From: Octopus sinensis
Taxonomy: Eukaryota
DNA length: 64,000 bases
Assembly (NCBI RefSeq): GCF_006345805.1
Contig: NC_043013.1
Coordinates: forward strand, 59,148,001-59,212,000
Direction: 5' to 3'
Both the position numbers and the translations under genes were made by a program. Position 1 is the first letter of the stretch; every line of letters starts with the position of its first letter. Below are positions 1 through 12,927 of the stretch, piece after piece. The notes under the pieces are model-generated. The model saw only the letters and a list, made by a program, of their open reading frames with translations. It made no database searches and was not told where the DNA came from.

Positions 1-394
1 TGACCCTTTTGTTAATTTGTCATCTTAATCTCTGAACAAATACCAAAAGACAGACCAAAGTGTGCATAAGTTTGCATATATGCATTGTGTGCATGCAAGC
101 ATGTGGATGTGTGTGTGTGTATGCATATATGTGTGTACCTGTATGCAGTGAATCATTTTTCTCTTTCCCACTCTCCTTCCATCTTGGCATTTCTTCTTCT
201 GTAAGTGTGTTTATTATTTTGTAATTATTACATTCACACTAGTTATATTAATGCTCTTTCTGTGATTTTTTTTTATCATAGTCCAGAGACATGTGTTTTA
301 GCCAGTTTGGACTTGGCTACACATTCTGGAAACTCCATAATAACAGCCAAAATAAACTATTTATATATAAACATATATATGTTATACAGGGGCA

Positions 395-745
395 ATAGAC
401 ACCACAGATACTCAGAAAACAGATTCCGTCACACTCAAGGGGGAGAAACTAGAAGTAGTTGATAGATTCCGCTACCTAGGGGACCAAGTTAGTAGCGGGT
501 GTGGATGCTCAGAGAGTGTTATCACTAGAATAAGAATAGCCTGGGCAAAGTTCAGAAAGCTTCTACCCTTACTGGCAACAAAGGGTCTCTCGCTCAGAGT
601 GAAAGGTATATTGTATGATACATGTGTGTGAACTGCCATGCTTCATAGCAATGAAACATGGGCCATGACTGCGTAGGACATGCATAGGCTTGAAAGAGAT
701 GAGGCTAGCATGATCCGCTGGATGTGTAATGTCAGTGTGCAGAGT
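395..745 (+). mobile_element. RTE-clade LINE reverse-transcriptase C-terminal fragment
   Basis: Broken translation GEKLEVVDRFRYLGDQVSSG...RIRIAWAKFR..LPLLATKGLSLRVKG...ETW. Same family as 8240-9575. Confidence 0.8.
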
Positions 746-769
746 AGAAAGAACTATTCAATCTATGGA

Positions 770-2090
770 ATACACCCATAAATGTTTTGTGTAGAAATAT
801 AGTTGTTTCAGTCGAAGTTTCAAATGCAGCTGAGGGAACTGAAGCACAAAATCGCAGTAAAACAAAGTGGAATGCCTGTATGTAGGTCAAAAAGAAATGT
901 ACCGTTTGCAGCAATAGATCTGGTTAACAAAGAACTGGAAAGACTGGGAAGTCCTGAGATAATTGTAAAAGAATGACCATGCAGACTGGGCAGGACTGAC
1001 AGTTTATGTGAAAAAGAAGAATGACAAACAAAGAGTTTGTACTGATTTTTCAAAAAGGGTGAACAAATTTTTAGTCGCACATACTCACATTTGTTTAAAA
1101 AATTAACACACACTGTGGCTTATATTAAATTTAAAAGTCTAGATTCTTGCTGAAAAGAAGAAAAAAACTCAAATACTTGGGACAAGTAATTGAAGACAAT
1201 GGAATGCAGTTTGTGTCAAGCAAATTAAAAAAAAATTGTGAAATGTTCACGGTAGAACATATAACTATAGCGCCATACCATCCCAGATCTAATGGACAGG
1301 TGGAATGCTTTGTTGATACCTCCAAAAGAGCTTTAAGAAAAGCAAGTAAGGAAAACATGGATGAGGTAGCTCTACAACAATTCTTAAGAATGTACCGTGT
1401 AACACCAAATCTGAATATACCAGCAGGAAGCTCACCAGCGGAGCTGATATTTGCAAGGAAAGTAGTCAGATTTTGATAACTTGCCACTTGGCAGGAAAAG
1501 AAAAAGTGCCAGGGAAGACACAGTAAGACTTTTTAAAGTTGGTGATAAGGTGTATGTGAGGAAATGGAAAGCATAACTTACAAGAAGGCGAAATTACCAA
1601 ACGCATAGGTAAAATGGTGTATTGGGAAAAAAGTAGAAAAGGCATACAAAAGAAACATAGGAACCAACAGGAAAAGAGATCTGTGGAAAGCGAACCCAAG
1701 AAGTTGGAGGAACCAATGGAATGGTTGTACGATATGTTCCAAGTATCAATGCCATTGCAGGCGATTGAACCTAGGAGTACAAGTGAGAAGCACAAAAAAT
1801 ACTGTGTGTAACTAAAAAGAAAAAAGAAGTCTAAAAAGGGAGGTTGGGGTGATGAAAAAATTATTGCTAAATAAAACTTAAGAGAGGAGATGTTGTAGGG
1901 AATTAGTAATAATAATGCACACTTCCCATGTGATGAGTGGAATAGCCAGTCACTATAAGTAAGGTGACGTTGGCCAGTATTGGGGAGTACATCATAGACT
2001 GTGTTGAGAGTCGTGTCTTACAGAGCTAATAGCAATACTACAATAATCGAAGTGGGTGTATTAATATACTGACATATAAAGGATACAACA
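770..2090 (+). mobile_element. Ty3/gypsy-like LTR retrotransposon 3' relic with polypurine tract and 200-bp 3' LTR
   Basis: Integrase remnant DNGMQF...APYHPRSNGQVECFV (1147-1476). Purine tract AAGAGAGGAGA at 1880-1890 abuts an LTR at 1891-2090 bounded by the inverted termini TGTTGTA...TACAACA. Confidence 0.8.
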
Positions 2091-2189
2091 GTTACAATGC
2101 AAGTTACGACAATATACACACACACACACACACACACACTCTCTCAAACACACACACATGATAAACAACAAGCCGCTCAAATGGGTCAG

Positions 2190-2900
2190 GTCATTTAAGT
2201 AGAGTAAACTTTTAAGAGTACTCTTGATGAAATCAATTCTAGAATAGCAAAGGCTACAAGTGCTTTTGGGAGACTTGCCCATCGTTTATGGGGTGTACAT
2301 GATGTCAGTCTGAAAACGAAAGTAAATGCGTACAAATCTTGTATTTTGAACACACTTTTGTATGGGACAGAAGCATGGTCTCCCTACATATAAAGAAACT
2401 TGAAACCTTCCACATGTCCTGTTTGCACAACATATGCAACATAAAATGGCAAGATAGGATATCCAATGCCTAAATCTTATAAAAATGTGATATTTCCAGT
2501 ATCCAAAGCATGATGATGAGAATTCAGTGTTGATGGGTCGGGCATGTTGTTTGAATGAAAAATGATCCCATTCCGAAAAGTGGAAGGATATGACGGCAAA
2601 GGAAGACTTCTCTTTAGGTATAAGGATAAATTGAAGCAATTATTAAAATCTCAACAGCTTGACCTGACATCTAGGGAAAGTCATTGCCTAGATCGATCTG
2701 CATGGCATAAAATGTGTCCCGATGCATCCAAATAATTTGAGTTAAAGAAAAGGAACAATAGAAGAAATATATCCCACAATCAACACTTAGCCCAATCCTA
2801 GGCAAAATCAAAATCATCAATGCCCCCATTGCAACTTCATAGCAAAATCCATGCCTGGACTTTAATTACATTCACGTATTCATCGTAAAAAGATGCAGCT
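2190..2900 (+). mobile_element. RTE-clade LINE 3' fragment (degenerate)
   Basis: EINSRIAKATSAFGRL...LLYGTEAW...NIKWQDRISN and a C-terminal CPHC..H..H zinc-finger remnant. Confidence 0.7.
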
Positions 2901-3015
2901 TCTTGGTTTTTTTCTTTTCAAGTATTGCTCTCTTTAACTTTAAGTCTTCTCCTTCAAACACTCATACATCAAACCCGATGATAGTGACCATCATGTACAT
3001 ATATATTATGCACTT

Positions 3016-3429
3016 AGGCGCAGTAGTGGCTGTGTGGTAAGTAGCTTGTTTACCAACCACATGGTCCCGGGTTCAGTCCCACTGTGTGGCACCTTGGGCA
3101 AGTGTCTTCTACTATAGCCTCGGGCCGACCAAAGCCTTGTGAGTGGATTTGGTAGAGGTAAACTGAAAGAAGCCCGTCGTATATATGTATATATATATAT
3201 ATATATGCGTGTGTGTGTTTGTGTGTCTGTGTTTGTCCCCCTAGCATTGCTTGACAACCGATGCTGGTGTGTTTATGTCTCCGTTACTTAGCGGTTCGGC
3301 AAAAGAGACCGATAGAATAAGTACTGGGCTTACAAAAGAATAAGTCCCGGGGTCGAGTTGCTCGATTAAAGGCGGTGCTCCAGCATGGCCGCAGTCAGAT
3401 GACTGAAACAAGTAAAAGAGTAAAAGAGA
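3016..3429 (+). mobile_element. tRNA-derived SINE family 1 (full-length copy)
   Basis: A-box TGGCTGTGTGG, B-box GGTTCAGTCCC, internal (TA/TG) microsatellite, 3' (TAAAAGAG)n tail. Other copies: ~7720-7980(+), 10285-10753(+), 12360-12750(-), 13008-13405(+), 17645-18000(-), 41960-42236(+), 43248-43695(+), 44537-44820(+), 46075-46575(-), 50547-50778(-). Confidence 0.9.
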
Positions 3430-3674
3430 TATCTAACTCCCCACCTTTATATATATATACAAAATAAGAAAATGGAGGAATACACTTTAATCAATAATCA
3501 ACTACCAGATAATACCCTTTCACATAATTTATTAACCAACTACATATGAACATCAAAATCAAGCATAATAATACAGAACAAAACAGTGCACATCAATGAG
3601 TAATATGATACAATAAGTACAATGCGTATAAATAAATATAAGTAAAAATAAATATAAATATAAATATAAACTAG

Positions 3675-3801
3675 ATCTTACAGCTGTTTCAGCCATGTAG
3701 ATATGAGTATCTCATTATGCTCATATTAGCCAGGTGTGTTAAGTTAACATGTGGTTATAAATGAGATACTTACATATATATCCCAACGCCTCTTCAGAGA
3801 T
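3675..3801 (-). ncRNA. Type I hammerhead ribozyme motif with extended stem II
   Basis: Minus strand: AUCU-CUGAAGA-[~100 nt, internal helix AGUAUCUCAUU/AAUGAGAUACU]-GAAA-CAGCUG-UA-AGAU. Palindromic stem III, GUA cleavage site. Confidence 0.75.
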
Positions 3802-4076
3802 TATAAAGTACAATCCAAATATGAATATAAGAGAAGGTACATCTATACAAGAATGAGTACATATACATAATATATAATATACACATACATATAAGTGTAT
3901 ATACACATGCACCTACATATATATAAGTATATACATAATAATATATAATAATATACATACATATAAGGTTACAGTTAGTCAAATCAATATATTAGAATAT
4001 ACATACACACATCCACATGAAAATGTACATATACAAAGTCAAGAGTTCATTGTATTAAGTTACAAAATGCTATTAA

Positions 4077-4110
<34 letters not shown>

Positions 4111-4343
4111 AATACCAGTAAAAGAATATGTGCATTCTGCCATTCACAATACATATTAGATGGAAAATATCCCATAGAATACATCAACAGCATAATATAG
4201 TAATATAATAACATAATAGCAATAATATAATACAATACAATACATTATAGCTCAACAAATACATATATAATGAAAAATATTCATTTACATCATCGAAAAA
4301 AACCAGAAGTGTGCATGCGCATACATACAAAATCAGAGTTCTG

Positions 4344-4386
<43 letters not shown>

Positions 4387-4768
4387 TAATATATATATAA
4401 ATCCCAAATTTTATTTCATTTGCTTTGCGAGAAGGACTGTTTCTATGAAGTCGCATATTTTCCTTGCCTTTGAAACGTGGAGTAGATGAAACAGGGACAA
4501 CTGATGAAGGGGAATATTCTTTATGTTGTATGTCTCGTTTCTCTGTTTGTTTGTTTTTTTTGGTGTTCGAAAAAAGTTCGTTTTCTATGTTTTTGCTTTT
4601 ATGTTTTTGTTTCTCATTGTGTTCAACGTTTTTTTGGATGTCCTGTACCCATATATGCATGTATATATACATATATATGTAGGTATGTACATATATGTAT
4701 GTATATATGCATATATTATATATTATTTATATTATTATATGACTGAATGCCATGCATCCTTTTCCAAG

Positions 4769-4813
<45 letters not shown>

Positions 4814-4989
4814 TTTCAAATTGAGATGGGGGTTGTAAATGCAACCCACCATGGGATACCATATATCCAATATACTGCTAGTGAGGTACCCAACAAAGTT
4901 AATACATAAATGTTAAGAATTGCGATACAATTAATTCATTTATTGTATTATATGGGCAAAGGTAAAACGTTTTACCACAAATTCATAAT

Positions 4990-5420
4990 ACAAAATAAGA
5001 AAATGGAGGAATACATCGAAATCAAATATCGATTACCAGATAATACTCAATCACATACTTTATTAAACCACCACATAAGAAACTATAAGGTTAAACATAA
5101 TAATGCAGGGTAAAGCAGTGTACATGAAGGAGTGTACATAAAATAGTAATGTTATACAATAAGTAGAATACGTATAATTGAACATAAATATAAGTACACA
5201 TAAATATAAAAATTGTACTATATTTATGTTCAATTATACGTATTCTACTTATTGTATAACATTACTATTTTATGTACACTCCTTCATGTACACTGCTTAC
5301 TCTGCATTATTATGTTTAACCTTATAGTTTCTTATGTGGTGGTTTAATAAAGTATGTGATTGAGTATTATCTGGTAATTGATATTTGATTTCAACGTATT
5401 CCTCCATTTTCTTATTTTGT
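4990..5420. repeat. ~200-bp-arm inverted repeat of a PLE-like terminus
   Basis: Arms ~4990-5192 and ~5219-5420 are reverse complements. The left arm is homologous to 3460-3665. Confidence 0.9.
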
Positions 5421-5462
5421 GTATATATATATGTATATATATATATACATATATATATATAT

Positions 5463-5539
<77 letters not shown>

Positions 5540-6010
5540 TGTATGTATGTATGTATGTATATATATGGTGAGAAGAGATCTTTACAGAGGGGGATGACAG
5601 GAGACCAAGACTCCAGGTGGCTTGCTGTTTTTTAGAAGACACATCAAGCTAAATAAAATCATGGTTGTCCTTGCATACAGGTATGACCCCTGTATCCCTC
5701 TCCAGCTGAGCATTCCTAATCTTGCAGGATTGTGGGTGCTGGTGTCATGTGAAAAGTACGTGTACCAGTCCCATGTAAATACACCCAGTGCTGTGGTGTA
5801 AGAGCACCGAGTACACTCTGCAAAGTGGTTGTCATTAGGAAGCGCATCCAGTTGTAGAAACTATGCCAAAACAGAGGAAGGAAATCTGGGCAGCTCTTCA
5901 GCTGGGCAGCTCTTCGGCTGGGCAGCTCTTCAGCTGGTCAGCTCCTATCAAACTGTCCTACTTATGCCAGCATGGAAAACAGATGTTAAATGATGATGAT
6001 GATAATGATG

Positions 6011-6042
<32 letters not shown>

Positions 6043-6588
6043 GATGATGATTATGAAGATGATGATGAGGATGATCACGATGATGATGAAGATGGCAGAA
6101 ACGTTAGCACACCGGGCGAAATGCTTAGCGGTATTGCGTTTGTCGTTGCGTTCTGAGTTCAAATTCCGCCGAGGTCGACTTTGCCTTTCATCCTTTCGGG
6201 GTCGATAAATTAAGTACCGGTTACGCACTGGGGTCGATGTAATCGACTTAATCCATTTGTCTATGTTTAGCCCCTTGTGGGCAATAAAGAAACAGATATG
6301 ATAGACTCTCCTGCCAAAGACAATATATGAGTGTTCAGCATTAACGAAATGCCCTGCACAAAGGATTTCTTTATAGTGATCAAAATTTGTGCCGTACATT
6401 TGCTCATTCTCTCCATCAAATCAACGTTACCGGAACAGGTGCACGGTGTGCCACGTGTCTGGTGCCAAAGTGATCATAGAACAATGTGAGATGTGTTTTT
6501 CTTATGAACACAATGCACCACCTAATCTAGGAATTGAAACCACAATCTCCTGACCATGAGTACAACACCCTAACCATGCATCCTCATA

Positions 6589-6619
<31 letters not shown>

Positions 6620-6713
6620 TACATGCATATATACATATATACATATATACATATATGCACACACACACACATATATATATATAATATATATGTATGTATG
6701 TATGTATGTATAA

Positions 6714-7710
6714 AGTTTTTCCTTGGGGCTGGCCAGATTGGAGCAATCTCGAGTATAACCAGCCAAAATTGCAAAGATAATCTGGAACTTGACTGAGGAA
6801 AGAAAACTCCAAATGACCCATCCTTGTTTTCTTTGTATCGTCTGTCTGAATGTTTTATTGCCCCTTTTTTGTATCACCTACAGTCTGGATGCTTTGCGTT
6901 CTTGTCCCATTTGTATTTTTTATATATAAAAATATAGTGCCTTACGAACACTTTGGTCTCTTATATGTAAGTATATATATATATATCTAAATTTTGTACA
7001 ACTCTATTATTCTTTCTATTCTTTCATTCTTTCTTTCTATCAGTCTTTCACACTTGCTTTGTTCATTCCACTTTTCATTCTTTCTTTCCCTCTCTCACAT
7101 TTCCTGGCTTCTCTTCATGGCTCACTTTCGCTCCTCTTTCACTCCTCTCTGTCCTCTTTATTCTTTCTCACTCCTCCTTAATTCTTCTATCTCTCTGCTT
7201 CTACCTCTGTCCCAAGTGACCGGTGTTCGGCCAAGCCTGACCTTTCTTTCTTGGTTCGACTACCATCTGTGCAGCATCTATATTCCTCCCTGTGCCTGTC
7301 AAATCTTATGTCCCTGCTATAAGGCTTTACTTTCACACACACCAGCTTAATTTAATTCATCCTTAGTCGAAAGACACCTGTTGTTATGTCCTGTTATTTG
7401 CATTTGTATTTGTGTACCATTTCTCCTTTTTTTTCCATCCTTGTTTTCGTATACATTCGATGCTTTCTTCCTAGGAATCTAATACTCTTAGCTTAGTTTT
7501 TCCTTGGGGCTGGCCAGATTGAAGCAATCTTGAGTATAACCAGCTGAAATTGCGAAGATAATCTGGAACTCGTCTGAGGAAAGAAAACTCCAAATGACCC
7601 GTTCTTGTTTCCTTTGTATCATCTATCTGGTTGTTTTGCATTCTTTTCTCACTTTTGTATTTTTTATAGTTAAAAATATAGTGCCTTACATACACTTTGG
7701 TCTCTTATAT
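6714..7710 (+). repeat. Tandem direct repeats (~6714-6965 and ~7495-7710), probable PLE-type termini
   Basis: Two related ~220-250 bp units begin AGTTTTTCCTTGGGGCTGGCCAGATT and end ACACTTTGGTCTCTTATAT. Flanked by microsatellites. Confidence 0.75.
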
Positions 7711-8239
7711 AAATATTAGTGTAGTAAGAAGCTTGCTTCCCGGTCACATTGTCCTGGGTTGAGTTCCACTGTGTGGCACCTTGGGCAAGTGTCTTCTACT
7801 ATAGCCTCAGGCAGACCAAAGCCTTATTAGATGGTTTGGTAGATGGAAACAGAAAGATACCAGATGTATGTATATATGTATATATCTATATATGTGTGTG
7901 TGTGTCTTTGTATCTGTGATTGCCTCTCACCCCACTACTTGACAACCAATGCAGGTGTGTTTATGATAGAATAAGTACTGTATTTTGGTTATATATACAA
8001 GGTGAAGTCAGAAATTATCAACATATCTTTATTATTGTGACACTGCCTTCTGCACATGCATGCTTATAGTTGGTCATGTGATCGAAGTTTGAGCCTGATT
8101 GTGCCATTTTTCTTTCTGGCTTTACAGTTTAAATGTGGCCATTCCACTAGCAATGTGCACCAAAGAAGAACAAAAAGCAGTGATCCGATTTCTCTGGAAA
8201 AGGGGTGTACGATCGACAGTGGAAGATACAGTGCTTTGC

Positions 8240-9575
8240 TGGCTAACAAACTGAATGGAAGCAAGGTCTAGAATCAAAGGGCCTTAGAGTTAGTCTAGAA
8301 AAAACCAAAGCCTTAGTAAGTAGGAAGGCAGAAAAATCACAAATTCCTTCAAGTAGATGGCCCTGCACAATCTGTAGAAAAGGTGTAGGTAGAAACTCCA
8401 TAAGATGCACCCATAAAAGGTGAAGTAATATCAGAGGAAGGTTAACAGGGAAACTAACTTTTGTATGTGGAAGGTGCACAGGTACAATAAATGCCGAAAA
8501 TGTGTAGAAAATAGACTCTGTCAACTGCCAGTGGGGCAAGCTAGAGGTAGTAGATAGCTTCTGTTATCTAGGTGACCCAAGTTAGTAGTGAAAGTGGATG
8601 CTCCAAGAGCATAGCCGTGAGAATAAGATTAGGATGGGCAAAGTTCAGAGAGCTCCTACTCCTGCTGGCAACAAAGGGCTTCCCTCTCAGAGTGAAAGGC
8701 AGATTGTTTGATGCCTGTGTGTGAACTGCTATGCAGCATAGCAGTGAAACATGGACCTATAACTGCTGTGGGCATGTGTAGGCTTTACTGGATGTGCAAT
8801 GTCAGTGTGCATGTTCTATAGAGTGTAAGCATCTTGAGAGAAAAGTTAGGCATAAGAAGCATCAGATGTGGTGTGCAAGAGAGATGACTGTGCTGGTACG
8901 GTCATGTGATGTGTATGGATGAGAACAGCTGTGTAAAGAAGTGCTGATCTCTAACTTTGGAGGGAACCTGTGGTAGAGGTAGACCCAGGAAGACATGAGA
9001 CGAGGTAGTGACACATGATCTTTGAACTTTGAGCTTCACAGGTGCAATGAGTAGTGACTGAGACCTTTGGTGATGTGCTGTGCTTGAGAGGACCTGTCAA
9101 GCCAAGTGCACCCATGCTGGTGGCATGCAAAGAACATCTTTTGAATGTTGGGCCTTACAGAGGCAAAGTGGCTGAGTTTCTTTTGAGTGTTGGGCCTCAC
9201 AGAGGCAATGACTAAGACCTTTGGCATTATGTCACGCTTGAGAAGAAGACCCATCAAGATGAATAAAATTGCAGTTGTGTCAGATACTGGTGTCATGCAA
9301 ATTGGCACCCGTGTCAGTGGTGCATAAACACACCCTGGTATCATCCAAATGATACCCATGCTGGTGGCACATAAAAACACTCATTACGCTCTTGGAGTGG
9401 TTCACATTAGGAAGGGCATCCAGCCATAGAAAACCATCAAGCTGTAGAAAACCTAGAAAACCATTCAGCTGTAGAAAACCACGTCAGGCTGGAATCTGGT
9501 GTAGCCTTCCAGTGAGTCAGCCCAGTCAAACTGTACAACCCATGCCAAATGGACAGTGGATGTTAAATGATGATG
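8240..9575 (+). mobile_element. RTE-clade LINE 3' portion with (GAT)n tail
   Basis: LESKGLRVSLEKTK...WPCTICRKGVGRNSIRC...LLATKGFPLRVKGRLFDAC. The 3' end with (GAT)n recurs at ~5810-6090, 11020-11270(-), 16960-17150, 18510-18705(-) and 34785-35026. Confidence 0.8.
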
Positions 9576-9898
9576 ACCTGAAGGTTCATGGCCTAGTCGT
9601 TAGGATGTTAAGCTATCGATCATAGGTTGTTGGTTCAATTTCTAGGCCAAGTAACATGTTATTATACCCTTGAGCAATGCATTTCATTTCATGTTGCTCC
9701 AGTGCCTACTGTGTGTTGGTGTAGCTCTCCCTCCCTGTGGTGGTCACCGCTTCTTTGATCCAATGAATTTAAACAAGAATGTGCTGAGAATGTCTGTGTC
9801 TGCTGTTATGATTGTGCTGTTGTCACAAACAATTAGTGAAAGAATCATACAAGTTATTAGGTCATACTTGTGTGTAACGCCTATGGTTATTATATATA

Positions 9899-9939
<41 letters not shown>

Positions 9940-11674
9940 TGTGTGTGTGTATGTATACATAAATATATGTACATATATATGTGTGCAAACAATTATATTG
10001 TTTGCATATTCATAATAATTATACACATACACATACATACATACATACATACATACATACATACATACATACATACATACATGCATACATACTTACATAC
10101 ATACATACATGCATACTTACATGAGTATGTATGTATGTTTTTATGCAGATAGGTGCATAAATGAAAACAAAAATATATGCAACATATGTTGTGGAAGTAA
10201 AATAAGTTTCTAATGGCTTGTGACCTGAATCTGTACTATTCAAAGTTTTGCAGTTGTAAAAACCTACCAGACAGTTCAAGTAAAGTAGCTTGCTTACCAG
10301 CCACATGGTTCTGGGTTCAGTCCCACTGCATGGCACCTTGGGCAAGTGTCTTCAAATATAGCCTTGGGCCGACCAAAGCATTGTGAGAGGATTTGTTAGA
10401 CAGAAACTGAAAGACGCCCGTCATATATATGTATGCATTTATGCATGTATGTATGTATGTATGTATGTATGTATGTATGTGTGTATGTATGTATGTATGT
10501 ATGTATGTATGTATGTATGTGTGTGTGTGTGTATGTTTGTGTGTCTGTGTTTGTCCTCCAACATCGCTTGACAACTGATGCTAGTGTGTTTACGTTCCCG
10601 TAACTTAGCGGTTCGGCAAAAGAGACTGATAGAATAAGTATTAGGCTTACAAAGAATAAGTCCTGGGGTCGATTTCTTCGACTAAAAGGCAATGCTCCAG
10701 CATGGCCACAGTCAAATGACTGAAACAAGTAAAAGAGTAAAAGAGTAAAGAGTACCACCATTGGGTATTCACCAATACACTAAGCTGTTCCTGAAAAAAA
10801 AAGGTGATATGAAAAGTTGTCAAATTTAGCTCACATACCCTGTATGTATATATATATATATATATATAAATATATACTGTGGTATAATGCCGGATACCAA
10901 ACTTCAAGAGAGGCAAGTGTGTGGAATATGAGCCAAGTTGTTGTAATGAAACTACATATTTATACAAGTGAATGGACAAAAGAAAGGAAAGGATACTCAA
11001 CAGGTTTAGTAGGAGTTCATCATCATCATCATCATCATCGTTTAACGTCCATTTTCCATGCTATCATGGTTGGACAGTTTGACCGGGTCTGGCAAGCCAT
11101 GAGGCTGCACCAGGCTCCAGTCTGATCTGGCAGTGTTTCTACAGCTGGATGTCCTTCCTAATGCCAACCACTCCGTGAATGTAGTGGGTGCTTTTACATG
11201 CCACCGGCACAGGTGCCATGGAGGCTGGCCACAATTGGTTGGTGCTTTTTACGTGCCACTGGCACGGAAATGTATTTGAGTAAAGTTTCCAAAATCATGG
11301 CAGTGAACCCAGATGTAAATATTTTCTTAGACAATTTCTTAGCATTAAAAACAAACCCCTTACTGAAAATATAAACAACAAGAATTTGGAAATCTAAACA
11401 TTTGAAAAGAAAGAATTATAAAGTTCTATAGTTATGTATTATTATTTTTTAAAAGTTTGATTCAGTTCCATACCATTTAAAGTTTCATGGGCCTCTAACA
11501 GAAGCTCATCTCTTTCATCTGAAGCCTGAAAGAGATGGGTTTCTGTCAGAAACTTTAAGTTGCTTGGAGCCAAATCAAACCGTTTTAAATACGACTAGAT
11601 ATATATATTTCATCATGTTAAACTGTTAATCCCAACAGATATTTTTTCTCTCTCCATTTTTTATGCCTCTCAAT

Positions 11675-11712
11675 CCTTTCTGTTGAAGAGCGTAGGCTCA
11701 AAATGTCGAAGA
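11675..11712 (+). ncRNA. Decayed minimal hammerhead-like motif (CUGUUGA core)
   Basis: CCTTT-CTGTTGA-A-GAGC(GTAG)GCTC-AAAA-TG-TC-GAAGA. Related to 38919-38956, with CpG-type decay of GAAA. Confidence 0.4.
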
Positions 11713-11814
11713 CTTTTTCATTCTTCCCAACCATTAAAAACTAATACATCTTCTTGTTGCTCTTTCACCTGTCTTTGTCTTTTGTTTTCAGTAAATTTGA
11801 ACTATATATATATA

Positions 11815-12045
11815 GGCGGTGAGCTGGCAGAAACGGTAGCACGCCGGGCGAAATGCGAAGCCGTATTTCGTCTGCCGTTACGTTCTGAGTTCAAATTCCG
11901 CCGAGGTCAACTTTGCCTTTCATCCTTTTCGGGTCGATAAATTAAGTACCAGTTACGCACTGGGGTCGCTGGAATCGACTTAATCCGTTTGTCTGTCCTT
12001 GTTTGTCCCCTCTGTGTTTAGCCCCTTGTGGGTAGTAAAGAAATA
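11815..12045 (+). mobile_element. tRNA-derived SINE family 2
   Basis: GGCGGTGAGCTGGCAGAA...GAGTTCAAATTCC head plus conserved GCCTTTCATCCTTT(T)CGGGGTCGATAAATTAAGTACC core. Other copies: ~6092-6295(+), 25890-26030(-), 47102-47340(-), 47487-47690(+), 53870-54085(+). Confidence 0.85.
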
Positions 12046-12880
12046 TATACATATATATATATATACACATATACACATCTACATATAGGTGCAGGAGTGG
12101 TTGTTTACCGACCACATGGTTCAGGGTTCAGTGCTACTGTGTATCACCTGGGGTAAGTGTCTTCTAGTATAGCCTTGGGCTGACCAAAGAGCCTTATGAG
12201 TGGAAACTGAAACTGATGGAAACTGGTATTTTTGCACCCGACATCACAAAATGCATCTGAATAAACATTGCCAGACAGCAAATAGAGACTCGGACATTGC
12301 TTAGAGAATAAGTTTTATTTGTGTGTAAATATATAGAACGCACTAGGGATTTTGACTCTCTTTACTCTTTTACTCTTTTACTTGTTTCAGTCATTTGACT
12401 GCGGCCATGCTGGAGCACCGCCTTTAGTCGAGCAAATCGACCCCGGGACTTATTCTATCGGTCTCTTTTGCCGAACCGCTAAGTGACGGGGACGTAAACA
12501 CATCAGCATCGGTTGTCAAGCAATGCTAGGGGGACAAACACAGACACACAAACACAAACACACATATAGACATGTACATATATATGACAGGCTTCTTCCA
12601 GTTTCCATCTACCAAATCCACTCAAAGGCTTTGGTCGGCCTAAGGCTATAGGCATAAGACACTTACCAAGATGCCACGCAGTGGAACTGAACCCGGAACC
12701 AAGTGGTTGATAAGCAAGCTACTTACCACACAGCCACTTCTACGCCTATAAATTTTGGGGAAAAAAGTGCAGATTATACTCGAGGATTTACAGTAAACAG
12801 ATATATGGGAGAGGAAACTGTCGATGGTGGTAGAGTAACATGTGTATGTTTGCCTGTGTGTTTGTGTGTATGGATATGTG

Positions 12881-12927
<47 letters not shown>

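Noticed and set aside
4444-4510. SECIS element (ATGA...AA...GA) of a selenoprotein-encoding PLE
   Set aside because: Spacing and helix II do not fit the SECIS consensus, and no associated ORF is visible.
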